Source: Scyliorhinus canicula
Lineage: Eukaryota
Assembly: GCF_902713615.1 (NCBI RefSeq)
Contig: NC_052146.1
Coordinates: 309,768,335 to 309,832,334 of the forward strand
Direction: 5' to 3'
DNA length: 64,000 bases
Positions 1-11,197 of the stretch are shown here, piece after piece. Below the pieces are notes generated by a model. That model was not told the origin of the DNA, made no database searches, and saw nothing but the letters and a program-made list of their open reading frames with translations. Positions within the stretch are counted from its first letter, which is position 1. Each line of letters opens with the position of its first letter. The translations under genes and the position numbers were made by a program.

Positions 1-1990
1 GCTCCTCAAAAACCGTGTTAGGGACCTGGAGCTTGAGCTGGATGAACTTCGGATCATTCGGGAGGCAGAGGGGGTCATAGATAGGAGCTTCAGGGAAGTA
101 GTTACACCAAAGACTGGAGATAGATGGGTAACTGTAAGAGGGACTGCGAAGAAGCCGTCAGTGCAGGGACCCCCTGCGGTCGTTCCCCTGAGTAATAAGT
201 ATACCGTTTTGGATACTTGTGGGGGGGGGGACTTACCGGGGTAAGCCATGGGGTCCGGGCCTCTGGCACGGAGTCTGTCCCTGTTGCTCAGAAGGGAAGG
301 GGGGAAGTTGTGTGTGGAGGCTGAGGAGATAAGCGAGATACTAAATGAATACTTTTCGTCAGTATTCATTCAAGAAAAAGATAATATTGTGGAGGAGAAT
401 GCTGAGACCCAGGCTATTAGAATAGATGGCATTGAGATGCGTAGGGAAGAAGTGTTGGCAATTCTGGACAAGGTGAAAATAGATAAGTCTCCGGGGCCTG
501 ACGGGATTTATCCTAGGATTCTCTGGGAAGCCAGGGAAGAGATTGCTGAACCTTTGGCTTTGATTTGTAGGTCAACATTGGCTACAGGAATAGTGCCAGA
601 GGACTGGAGGATAGCAAATGTGGTCCCTTTGTTCAAGAGGGGCAGTAGAGATAACCCCGGTAACTATAGGCCGGTGAGCCTAACGTCTGTGGTGGGTAAA
701 ATCTTGGAGAGGATTATAAAAGATATGATTTATAATCATCTAGATAGGAATAATATGATTAGGGATAGTCAGCATGGTTTTGTGAAGGGTAGGTCATGCC
801 TCACAAACCTTATTGAGTTCTTTGAGAAGGTGACTGAACAGGTAGACGAGGGTAGAGCAGTTGATGTGGTGTATATGGATTTCAGTAAAGCGTTTGATAA
901 GGTTCCCCACGGTCGGCTATTGCAGAAAATACGGAGGCTGGGGATTGAGGGTGATTTAGAGATGTGGATCAGAAATTGGCTAGTTGAAAGAAGACAGAGA
1001 GTGGTAGTTGATGGGAAATGTTCAGAATGGAGTTCAGTTACGAGTGGCGTACCACAAGGATCTGATCTGGGGCCGTTGCTGTTTGTCATTTTTATAAATG
1101 ACCTAGAGGAGGGCGCAGAAGGATGGGTGAGTAAATTTGCAGACGACACTAAAGTCGATGGAGTTGTAGACAGTTCGGAAGGATGTTGCAGGTTACAGAG
1201 GGACATAGATAAGTTGCAGAGCTGGGCTGAGAGGTGGCAAATGGAGTTTAATGTGGAGAAGTGTGAGGTGATTCACTTTGGAAAGAATAACAGGAATGCG
1301 GAATATTTGGCTAATGGTAAAATTCTTGGTAGTGTGGATGAGCAGAGGGATCTCGGTGTCCATGTACATAGATCCCTGAAAGTTGCCACCCAGGTTGATA
1401 GGGTTGTGAAGAAGGCCTATGGTGTGTTGGCCTTTATTGATAGAGGGATTGAGTTCTGGAGCCATGAGGTCATGTTGCAGTTGTACAAAACTCTAGTACG
1501 GCCGCATTTGGAGTATTGCGTACAGTTCTGGTCGCCTCATTATAGGAAGGACGTGGAAGCTTTGGAACGGGTACAGAGGAGATTTACCAGGATGTTGCCT
1601 GGTATGGAGGGAAAATCTTCTGAGGAAAGGCTGATGGACTTGAGGTTGTTTTTGTTAGAGAGAAGAAGGTTAAGTGGTGACTTAATAGAGGCATACAAAA
1701 TGATCAGAGGGTTAGATAGGGTGGACAGCAAGAGCCTTCTCCCACGGATGGAGGTGGCTAGCACGAGGGGACATAGCCTTAAATTGAGGGGTAATAGATA
1801 TAGGACAGAGGTCAGAGGTGGGTTTTTTACGCAAAGAGTGGTGAGGCCGTGGAATGCCCTACCTGCAACAGTAGTGAACTCACCAACATTGAGGGCATTT
1901 AAAAGATTATTGGATAAGCATATGGATGATAAGGGCATAGTGTAGGTTAGATGGCCTTTAGTTTTTTTTCCATGTCGGTGCAACATCGAG
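1..1990 (+). mobile_element. CR1-type LINE, internally deleted (ORF1 remnant joined to RT/C-terminal half of ORF2, plus 3' tail)
   Basis: ORF 248-1945 has KSPGPDGI, NYRPVSLTS, SQHGF, GVPQGS, FADD and FTQRVV motifs; sequence jumps from ORF1-like to mid-ORF2 near 300, so the listed start is artefactual. Confidence 0.93.
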
Positions 1991-4422
1991 GGCCGAAGGG
2001 CCTGTACTGCGCTGTATCGTTCTATGTTCTATGTAATCTCCTCAGTTATCTCTTTTAGAATCCTGGGGTGCGGTCAATCCGGTGCAGGTGATATATTGAC
2101 CTTCAGACCTTTCAGTTTCCCCAGAACCTTCTCCTTAGCGATGGCCACGACACTCACCTCTGTCCCCTGATTCTCCTGGAGCTCTGGCTTCCCACTGCTG
2201 TCTCCCACCATGAAATCTGAAGCAAAGTAACTATTCAGTTCCTCTGCCATTTCTTTGTTTCCTATTATTACTTCTTCAGCCTCATTTTTCAGTGGTCCAA
2301 TCCCTTTCCATCTATCTGCAAAACTAATTTATCCATTTGTTCAAGTGATCTGCACGTTCAGGTATAAAACCTTAAGGTTAGTCCTTTCAACGTTCCTTGT
2401 TCCATCCCTGCACTATTTGAAAGCATCATTATCAAATAAAGGTTCTTGATTTCTCTGCCTATCACTCTTCTGATTTTCCTTTCTGTTGCATCTTCAGAGG
2501 TGCGATGGTCTGCTCTCTGAGGGAGTGTGTGGAGGTGTGAGCAGCGTTGTACCTCTCCTCAGCTCCAGTCTGAGGCTGATGCACCAGAGTCATCAGCCAA
2601 TGTTAAAGTGGGCAGCCCTGAACCCCCAGCAACCATCGCAGCAGATGTTGTGGATCCAGTTGCTGTGGTGATGGACATTCCCACCCTGCCCCATCCCCTC
2701 CTCTCCACCCGCTCTTACACACACCTCCTTCCTCATTGCCCCCCATGTCTTCCTCAGCAACCCCCTCACCACGTACCACACCTCCAGGGGAATGTAGAAC
2801 AATTGGACTGGAGGGTCCATGGGTCCCACAGCGCATTCTGCCCATAAAGACCAGCTCTGCTTGGAGCTGAAGGGCACAAACTAGTGGCCTCAGCAGCGAG
2901 GTGCTGAGTGTAACAGGAGTGACGCAGCGCTATGGTAGGCAGGATCTGTGTGTTACTCACCTCAACATCTCTAGGGAACTGAGGTCCATCTCGTTCATGT
3001 CTCTCTTTGTCAATCGGGTTTGAGGCCGACATAATTTCCCGTTGGCGTGATGGACGATAGGAAGGCCTGATGGGATATTGACGAGCTGCTGTTAAATTGA
3101 GTATTCATGAGATGCAAATGAATGCGAATTGCAATCACACCACCAGGCAGCAGGATAACTTAGCCGCCATTAATCCACCTTTAGGAGAATTACAAACTTT
3201 TTTAGACCCGTGGGTTTCTGGCTTTTCCTCTCCTGCTGGATTCTCTGCTCCCTCCTTTCAACAAACTCTCCACAGTTGGGATGGGAGAGGGATCATAGAA
3301 TCCCTTCAGTGCAGAAGGAGGCCATTCAGCCCATTGGACTCTGCAGCCAGGCTCACTCCCCCGTCCTATCCCCGTCCTATCCCGGTAACCCCCCACATGG
3401 CCAAGACACCTAACCTGCACATCTCTGGGTTGTGGGAGGATCCCGGAGCTCCCTGAGGAAACCCACACAGACATAGGCAGAGTCACCTGAGGCCGGAATT
3501 GAACCAGGGTCCCTGGCAGAGTGAGGCAGCAGTGCTAACCACTGTGCCACCCAACACCTTCCTGAGAGATCCACTGACTCACTCACCACCTGAGCTGTAT
3601 TCCCCTCGATTTGCCTCTCCTGGGACTCCCACTGGCTCCGTGCCCTTTACCAATATTAAAACTGTCAGTTGGAGGGACAGGGTTTGGCTCCCTCTGATTT
3701 ATTTCCAGTCTCTCTCAGTTACCCCCACTCCCATGCCCACCGTGTTGCAGTGGCAGCTGGTAAAGATCCCAGTCCCTGAGGAATGGAGGGATAGAGACGC
3801 CATTCTCCCAATCTGATCCCCCCCCCCCCACACTAACCTGTGGAGAGGCCTCAGTTTCCACAAACCCAATAGGCTGTGGTTCTGTTGATCCGTGGGGTGG
3901 TCCTGTCCCTTTAAATGTCTGACTGTCTGTTCGAATGTTGCTGACACTTCCCATTCTAATTCCCAAACCTGCTTCCTATTGTGAGAAACACTCTCCCACT
4001 ATTGGTTCAGTAAAGATAGCTCCAATCTCCATGGACTGCAGCTGTTCAAGAAGGCAGCTCACCACCGCCTCCTTCAGGGCAATTCGGGATGGGTAATAAA
4101 AGCTGGCCTAGCCAGCGACACCCACATCCCAGGAATTCATTTAGACACTAACTGGGAGAGGTCAGTGTGTTTGAGAGAGCTGTTCCACAGTGTGAGAACA
4201 ATATTGCATTTCACAATTATATCAACACATCTGTACTGCTGAGATCAGCACAGAGTAACCCCCAGGATAGAAATCATTAACAAACTAACACAACTAGATC
4301 AGTCTCAGAAGCTGTTTCCTCTCTTTAACACAGAACTTCTACTGCCTGGACTGTCCCTTTAAATACTCACAGCAAACTTTCAGCTCAGAATGTAACTCAC
4401 TGATTTTGTTTTTCTCTGAAAG

Positions 4423-4767
4423 GTGCGACTGATCCAGTCCTTATCCAGTCTCCGAGTGTGGAACGTGTCACAGAGGGTCAGACTGCACGGTTACAGTGCT
4501 CCATGCAGAACGCCGCAGTGACAGACAGAAATGTTTATTGGTACCGGGAGCTGCCAGGGAAACAGAGGGAGAGGATTTTAGGACTTGATAAAGGTAATGT
4601 TGTATTCCGGTATTCAGGTTACTCTGAGCGTTTCCAGCCTTCCAGACACATCGACTCCAACAGCTTCATCCTGACAATCAGCAACATGCAGCCCAGTGAC
4701 ACTGCCGTCTATTACTGCTCCGTGTGGGAAGAGATCTATGGGAATGGAAGCCGGCTGAATGTAACCA
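4423..4767 (+). CDS. Receptor gene A, exon VJ1: germline-joined V-J Ig domain
   Basis: Pyrimidine tract + AG at 4421-4422, donor GTAAGT at 4768, phase 1/1, 345 nt: GATDPVLIQSPS..LQC..VYWYR..FILTISNMQPSDTAVYYCSVWEEIYGNGSRLNVT. Confidence 0.93.
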
Positions 4768-6029
4768 GTAAGTAGAGTTTTCACTCCAATTACCCACAGC
4801 AATAACCTCTTCCAGATGAGTGAATTGGAGATGAGTTTGTGATGATGAAGAGCTAGGAGGTGATGTAAAGTGATCTTACTGATGGGTTCACTGTGGGGAA
4901 GAAGCTGAGCTCAGCTTCAGCAATTCCCTAAAGTTCCACATCTCTGGCTTTATCCTGAGGGGGTGTCTGGGGAGGTTAGTGCCGTCTGGCTGTTTACTGA
5001 GCTGCACAGAAACTTTGTCTTAGCCGAGTCTGAATGTTGGACAGACATTTGGAGAGAGTGGGAAGAACATTGGGATCAATGGAGGAGGTGGAGAGACTGA
5101 TCTGAGTGATGGTGAAGATGGGAATGTTGACCAGGTTTCTGAGGGTGAAATGAGGATGAGGAGGGAGCCAGGGATGGTGCCCTGGGGACACAGCAGAGAC
5201 GATCATTCAGTCCCTGTGTTTTAATTAAAGTTTGTTTCAACATAAATGATACCTATTGGTCAGAGTCATCACTCCTGGGGTGAAATATCCTTTCCTCACA
5301 GTTTGATGAATTGTAAATTGTTTGGGGTTTCCTGGCCGGGATCCTAACAAAAGTTGGGGTCTGGTCCGGGATCCTCCCAACTCCCTACCATCATTCCTGA
5401 CTGGATGTGAAAAGACAGCTGGGCTTAGATCTGACCGTCTGCCCACTCCTCCCCACACAATCCATGCTCATTTCACACACACATTCTCAGCAACCGAGCC
5501 ATTTCTTTGTCTCCACAATCAAACCATCCATTGGACTGACTCTTGCTGCTGGCAATTGGGAGCCACCTCCTGCCCACTGCCAGCTCCTGATCCTGCAATC
5601 AGTCTTCACTCTCACCCACAACACTGGCACTCCACTGATCAACATCATAACTGATATCTGTGTGAATGTGATGGCCACTGTCTATCCCTCCTCAGAATCT
5701 TTCACCTCTCCACTCTGTTTAACACCACTGAGCACAGGTTCCTGTTTAAAAGTCTCTGATCCACATTCCAGCCCCTGGCGCTGCTCTGTCACGGACTCAC
5801 TCCTGGTCAATGGTTAATTTTCCTGGATGCTCAAGTCTCCAAACGATCTATATCCTGCCATATCCTCTGTCAGTCCTCATCGCTATCCACAATTCCACCA
5901 ACCTTTGTGTCATCTGCAAACTTACTAATCAGACCACTAACACTGTCCTCCCAACAGCAAAGGTTCCTCAGCGGGTACCCCTTATCCCCCAAGGGCCAAT
6001 CCTTCACCCTGGGGTGTCCCTCGAAGATG

Positions 6030-6265
6030 TCGGGGATCTCTGACTGTCACAGGATGCAGCTGTCGTGCACACCCCCGGGGAAGTGTGCACACACGAGCAC
6101 GATCTCCATGTGGTGGTCACACACAAGTTGGAGGTTCAGGGAGTGGAATCCCTTTCTGTTGGTGAATGGAACTCCGTGATGCCCCGGTGAGAGCAAGTGG
6201 ACATGTGTGTGATCTATTACCCCCTGGATCCGGGACATCCCAGCGATGCCCCCCCCCCCCCCCAC
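6030..6265 (-). mobile_element. PIF/Harbinger transposase fragment
   Basis: GVIDHTHV..NRKGFHSLNLQLVCDH..AHFPGGVHDSCIL matches the HARBI1-like DDE core; degraded. Confidence 0.8.
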
Positions 6266-7194
6266 CCCCCGTACAGCTGAGGCAGCCGTGGGGCCGTGGC
6301 CTTGGCTCTGGCAGCTCTCCCGGATTAACCATTATTTTCCTCAGTGTTGGGAACTGAATCCTGATTGGAGAACAGGATACACTCGGTTTGGGGGTGAGGT
6401 TAGGAGGGGGGGTGGCGTGAGGGGTGAGGTGGGGGGGCTGAGGTGGGGGAGTGAGGTGTGTGTGAGGGGTGAGGGGCTGACTGTACACGGCAGCAGAATG
6501 GTTGTGAGGATTCAGTGTCAGGGAAAGGTGATCATTCCGAGGGAAGCAGTGAGCAGGATGGGGAGGGGATTAAGGATTTTCCGGCAACATCCCTGCAGCA
6601 CCGGAGCACAGAGCAGAGAAGCAGAGGAGCTGGAATGTCAGAGGAGGGATTGGGAGATGTGGGGCTCCATGAGTGGGGACAGGGTGTGGGGAGAACCTGA
6701 GACTGGGAGGTGTAATCAGGAGCTGCCGTCCATCCAGACTCACATCACTCTGCTCACTGACGCTGCTATTCCTCTTCACATTCCCAGCGGCATTCCTGTT
6801 GTTACCTCAGTTCCTATTTCTATTATTTGGTCTCTATCTTTTTTGGTCCATGACCTTTAATTGATGCAGAGGTAAGGAACACAAGGGTGGGGGTGCTGGA
6901 CATTACATAATAGTTAACCAGTTGTATTTGTTGCTTATTTAATCATAGTTATTTTTAATAAGAAGTTAATTGTGGTTACATTTACAAACCTGATGACTGT
7001 AATTATTGGGTAGCTGAAGATCTCGGGAATTGGAAAATAAAAGTTAACATCAACCGTGTTGTGACACTGGGTCAAGTGGGGCTGGAATTGACCACACACT
7101 GACCCAGGGTGTTGTAACAATATGTTTCAACTGATTGACATTGACCTCAGATATTTTGAAACATGAGCTGATGTGTCTCATTTACACTTTCTCA

Positions 7195-7420
7195 GGGCAG
7201 CACGGTGGCGCAGTGGGTTAGCCCTGCAGCCTCACGGTGCCGAGGTCCCAGGTTTGATCCCGGCTCTGGGTCACTGTCTGTGTGGAGTTTGCACATTCTC
7301 CCTGTGTTTGCGTGGGTTTCGCCCCCACAACCCAAAGGTGCAGTGTAGGTGGATTGGCTACGCTAAATTGCCCCTTAAATTGGAAAAAATGAATTGGGTA
7401 CTCTAAATTTATTTAAGAAA
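7195..7420 (+). repeat. tRNA-derived SINE; related copies near 3300-3550, 23950-24330, 54400-54540, 55620-55940, 56330-56520, 62680-63030, 63260-63500
   Basis: gggcagcacggtggcgcagtgggttagc (A-box-like), ggtttgatccc (B-box-like), shared core cactgtctgtgtggagtttgcac..ggtggattggc..gctaaattgcccc. Confidence 0.85.
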
Positions 7421-7735
7421 AAAATAAAAATTTACACTTGCTCAAAGTAAGACAATCAGAGACCGGCTGTCTGCAAACAAAAGGAATATGTTCAAGCCGT
7501 GCTCCTTTATTTGATAGAAACAGGAGCTTTGGGAGCCTTGAATTCGTGGTATTCTCCATGGCAACGTTTCAGCCAATCAGAGTTTACTTTCTTTTTTATT
7601 AATTTTTATTGTCACAAATAGGCTTACATTAACACTGCAATAAAGTTACTGTAAAATGCTCCAGGTCGCCACATTCCGGCGGCAGTTTGGGTACACAGAG
7701 GGAGAGTTCAGAATGTCCAAATTACCAAACAACAC

Positions 7736-8161
7736 GGGCAGGATTCCCCGACCCCCCCCCCCCCCCCCCACCCCCCCCAACCCCGCCGAGTCAGAGAATC
7801 GGCAGGGGGGACGGCGTGAATCCCACCCCCGCCGGCTGCCAAATTCTCCGGCACTGGAAATTTGCCGGGGGCGAGAATCGGCCCTCCCGACAATTCCCCG
7901 GCCCGTGATGGGCCAAGTGGCCACCCCTTTGTTGCTGGTCCCACCGGTATAAATTATAATAGCTCCTTACCAGTGGGACCTGGTGGCGCAGGCGACCTCC
8001 GGTGTCCACGGGGTGGGGGGGGGGGGGTAACCCCCCATGCGCATGCGCTGGAATGATGCCAGCACAAGCTGGCGTTCCGCGCATGCGCCAACTCGGGCCG
8101 GCTGGCGTGGCGCCAATCAACTTCCCCGCCGGTCGGCACAGCCGGCCTAGCCCCTGAAGGT
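7736..8161 (+). mobile_element. MITE-like element, left part (right part 18062-18171), split by the LTR element
   Basis: Terminal inverted repeats gggcaggattcccc / gcagaatcccgccc; sequence is continuous across the AGGT TSD. Confidence 0.6.
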
Positions 8162-9123
8162 TGTAGCCACCTAAAATGGACGCTGAGCTGCAAAGTAAGC
8201 CAAGCGCTAAGACTGCAGGGAAAAAGGCAGTTTAGCCAAAACAGCAGTCTGCAAAGAGAGCATTTTGCATTCTGCAAGTAGCAGAAACCAGTTTGGTCTC
8301 AGGTGAGAAGACCTTAGTTCGGTGCAAATGGCAAAACGCTTTGCATACTAATGAGGCAATCAGACCTGAACACCCACACAATAGAAACATTTGACTCTGA
8401 ATGGACACATTTGAACCAAGGCCCAGACATCGAGGCACCAGAAACCTCCAAACAAAAGGGCATAAGAAACGCCCCCCCCATCACGGAGACCCCCTCGCAT
8501 TGGGGAATTCAAACAGTATCGATGAGGAATTGACCCAATAGATAACCAAAGGTTAAAGCCCGCCCCAAAAAGGCATGGAGATTGGGATCCCTATAAAAGA
8601 CAGGGACCTTGTGTTGTCCGGTCTGTTTTGTGCTCCGGCTACCTGTGATCCTGAACTTGACTCCTGACTCCAGCCGTTGAGCACCAGCTGCTGAACCGTG
8701 AGTAATACACGACGCTCGCTACGCGAACCAGCTACCGATAGACCCTGACGACCAGCATACCCTCTGAAGGTGCAGCCCCAAGATCAGAAGGAAGGCCTTG
8801 CTCCCTGACCTTGCCGGTTCCCACTTAGTTAAGTATACTGATCATTTAGTTTAGTCATAGCTTAGTCTCGTAGTGTGTGCATGGGTATTTATTATTTGTC
8901 ATAATAAATACAATTCGTTTAGAACTCACTAAGCGGTGTATCGTCTTTATTACTTTGAACCTGACCTTGAAATACTTGTGACGGTGTCTAGATACGGCAC
9001 CTGGCGACTCCGAGCTAGAAGAATACACATACAGAGCCTAGTAGTGTTAAGCACACGACCTTACGGAGGCGTGTTAATACACTCCAATAAACACGTTTTA
9101 CACCCAAAGTAAAACGTGCAACA
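8162..9123 (+). repeat. 5' LTR
   Basis: tgtagcc..gtgcaaca; TATAAAA 8592-8598, donor GTGAGT 8698-8703, AATAAA 8903-8908. Confidence 0.96.
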
Positions 9124-9442
9124 TTTAGTGGCGACATCCTGCCGGGACACGGTTGTAAGTGGTAACCCCACTCCGTCCAGGACCCTGAAATTTGAATTGG
9201 AACTCCAAAATACAGAGAAAGTAAAAAAATCACAAGTCTTCAAGGTGTTCAAACTAATAAGTGTAATTCGGAAGTGTGTTTAGTGCATGCGTACTAACAG
9301 GGCTGTAAGGTAAAACTGAAAGCTTTTTGTTGCGACAAACTTTCGGTAGTTTTGTGAACGGAACATAGCATAAGCCGTACCCGTTTCGTGAGACACAACC
9401 CCAGCACCCCCTGTTCCAAATTTAAAAAGAGAGTCAGAGAAA

Positions 9443-11197
9443 ATGGCCATGCAGGCAATGGAACGTCTGATGGATCCAGAAAGGTTTGTGGTCGCAGCGA
9501 CCAGTGGTAGCAGAGTAGGTCAGTGTCCCGTGTGGGAGCTGGAACTCCGCAAATACCTACAAGGAAAGGGATGGCCCCTTTGGAAAGAGTTTTGTCTGAA
9601 TGAGGAGACAGGTCCCGGAAGTATTGGCCATACTTGGTGGGAGAACCTCTCTCAAATTCACAAAAAGAATATAGGAAAAGTGCGTAAGCTGATGGCGATT
9701 GTGTCCTGTCTGGCACAGTTGCGAGGCACAGAGGAGGTCGTTAGGACGCTCCGAGCAGAGTTGGAGGAGAGAGACCGAATGGGTAAGGTGGATGTCAGGG
9801 ACATCGAAAAGGAAAACATGGAGCTTAGAGGGAAGTTGGCAGAGAAGGGTAGAGAGGTGGAGGATGCCAAGAGGGCACACCAGTCTTGTCTAGCCCATCT
9901 CAGCAGTTCCCAAACTCAATATGAGAAAGCCTATCAGGACGTGCAGCGTGCCGTTCTGGTAAGAGAACAAGCAGAGAAGCAGGTAGAGGCGTTGCAGAAG
10001 CAATGCTCTGACCTGAAGGCAGCTTTAAGAGCACTCCACGCTGCCAACACAGAACAGAGACAAAGCACAGTAGACCACGCGAAATGCAGAAAACAGATTG
10101 CGGAACTGCAATCTCTGCTTTCGGTGCAAAACGGGTTCCAGAGCACCTTTGGAACGCAGTTAGATGAAGAAAATGCCCCAGATTGTCAAGAGTTGAGCGA
10201 AACTGCGCAGCGATATGTTCAGAGAACATGTGCGCCAGCAGCGCAGCAGAAAAGGCAAGCACCCCAACCCCCCACACACCCTCCAGATCAGATAGTCACC
10301 GCACCCATGAATCCCGTAACCACACAAAGGAAAGCAACCACCGAAGGCGCACCCGATATAACCTACACCACCCCCTTAACGGTAACCCAGCTCAGGGACG
10401 CATGTGAAAAGATCACTCTGTTCCTCCCCACCGCAGACCCCCACCAGTTCTTTGCTAAAGTAAAACAACAGGCGACCATGTACGGCCTGGATGAGAGAGA
10501 GCAGGTTAAGCTCACCGTGCTGAGCTTAGACCAGTCAGTAGTAGCAGCCCTCCCCGACCCACAGAACGTTGGCGGAGGCACCCTTGAGGAAATGCACACC
10601 TCCATTTTAGACGCTATAGGGTACAATCGAGGTGACCCTGTAGAAGGACTGAACAAGTGCCGGCAAAAGAAAACCGAGCACCCCACAGCATTCGCAGGAA
10701 GGCTGTGGATTCATTTTAACGCAGTTTTTGGCGAGTTAAACAGAGCCCATTTAAGCCGCGAAAACATGGTTAAATGGACGCGCACCCTGATTTCACACGC
10801 GACAGAGGCAGGACAGAGCGCTTGCCACAGTTACGACCCCTCAGAAGAGGCCCACAATGAGAAATGGGTCCTGAAAAGGTTGTCCCGCGCTTGGGAGCAA
10901 TCACTTCAGGGCAAAAGTAAGGTTAAATCCCCAGAGGAAGCTCAGGCTGCAGCAGATATTCAGGCAGTGAGAGCGCACCAAAACCCCGCGTGGGTAAATG
11001 AAGGGAAGAGCAGCCCTCCACAGAAGTCGCAGGAATGCTATAACTGTGGACAGTTAGGGCATTGGGCCAAAGAGTGTAATGCACCCCAGAGATCTCAGAG
11101 AGGCCAGCAGACAGGCACTCTGAACCGCAACAAAGCAAAACCCATCCACAATATAGCAATACAGTCAGGACCCACCAATGTGGACGAGACGAACTGA
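9443..11197 (+). CDS. gag: Gag (584 aa): coiled-coil-like region, capsid-like region, CCHC knuckle
   Basis: Long open ORF after 5' LTR; CYNCGQLGHWAKEC = Cx2Cx4Hx4C. Confidence 0.93.
   Translation: MAMQAMERLMDPERFVVAATSGSRVGQCPVWELELRKYLQGKGWPLWKEFCLNEETGPGSIGHTWWENLSQIHKKNIGKVRKLMAIVSCLAQLRGTEEVVRTLRAELEERDRMGKVDVRDIEKENMELRGKLAEKGREVEDAKRAHQSCLAHLSSSQTQYEKAYQDVQRAVLVREQAEKQVEALQKQCSDLKAALRALHAANTEQRQSTVDHAKCRKQIAELQSLLSVQNGFQSTFGTQLDEENAPDCQELSETAQRYVQRTCAPAAQQKRQAPQPPTHPPDQIVTAPMNPVTTQRKATTEGAPDITYTTPLTVTQLRDACEKITLFLPTADPHQFFAKVKQQATMYGLDEREQVKLTVLSLDQSVVAALPDPQNVGGGTLEEMHTSILDAIGYNRGDPVEGLNKCRQKKTEHPTAFAGRLWIHFNAVFGELNRAHLSRENMVKWTRTLISHATEAGQSACHSYDPSEEAHNEKWVLKRLSRAWEQSLQGKSKVKSPEEAQAAADIQAVRAHQNPAWVNEGKSSPPQKSQECYNCGQLGHWAKECNAPQRSQRGQQTGTLNRNKAKPIHNIAIQSGPTNVDETN

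Noticed and set aside
248-1945. 565-aa ORF as a host gene or active LINE
   Set aside because: CR1 RT with an internal deletion; no endonuclease; start is fortuitous.
3210-3290. GFWLFLSCWILCSLL as the leader exon of gene A
   Set aside because: Hydrophobic but no ATG and no phase-1 donor; the leader remains unlocated.
4700-4775. Rearranging TCR/Ig V segments
   Set aside because: No heptamer/nonamer RSS after YYC in either V exon; the J-like strand and donor are already fused; no D/J cluster or C exon seen.
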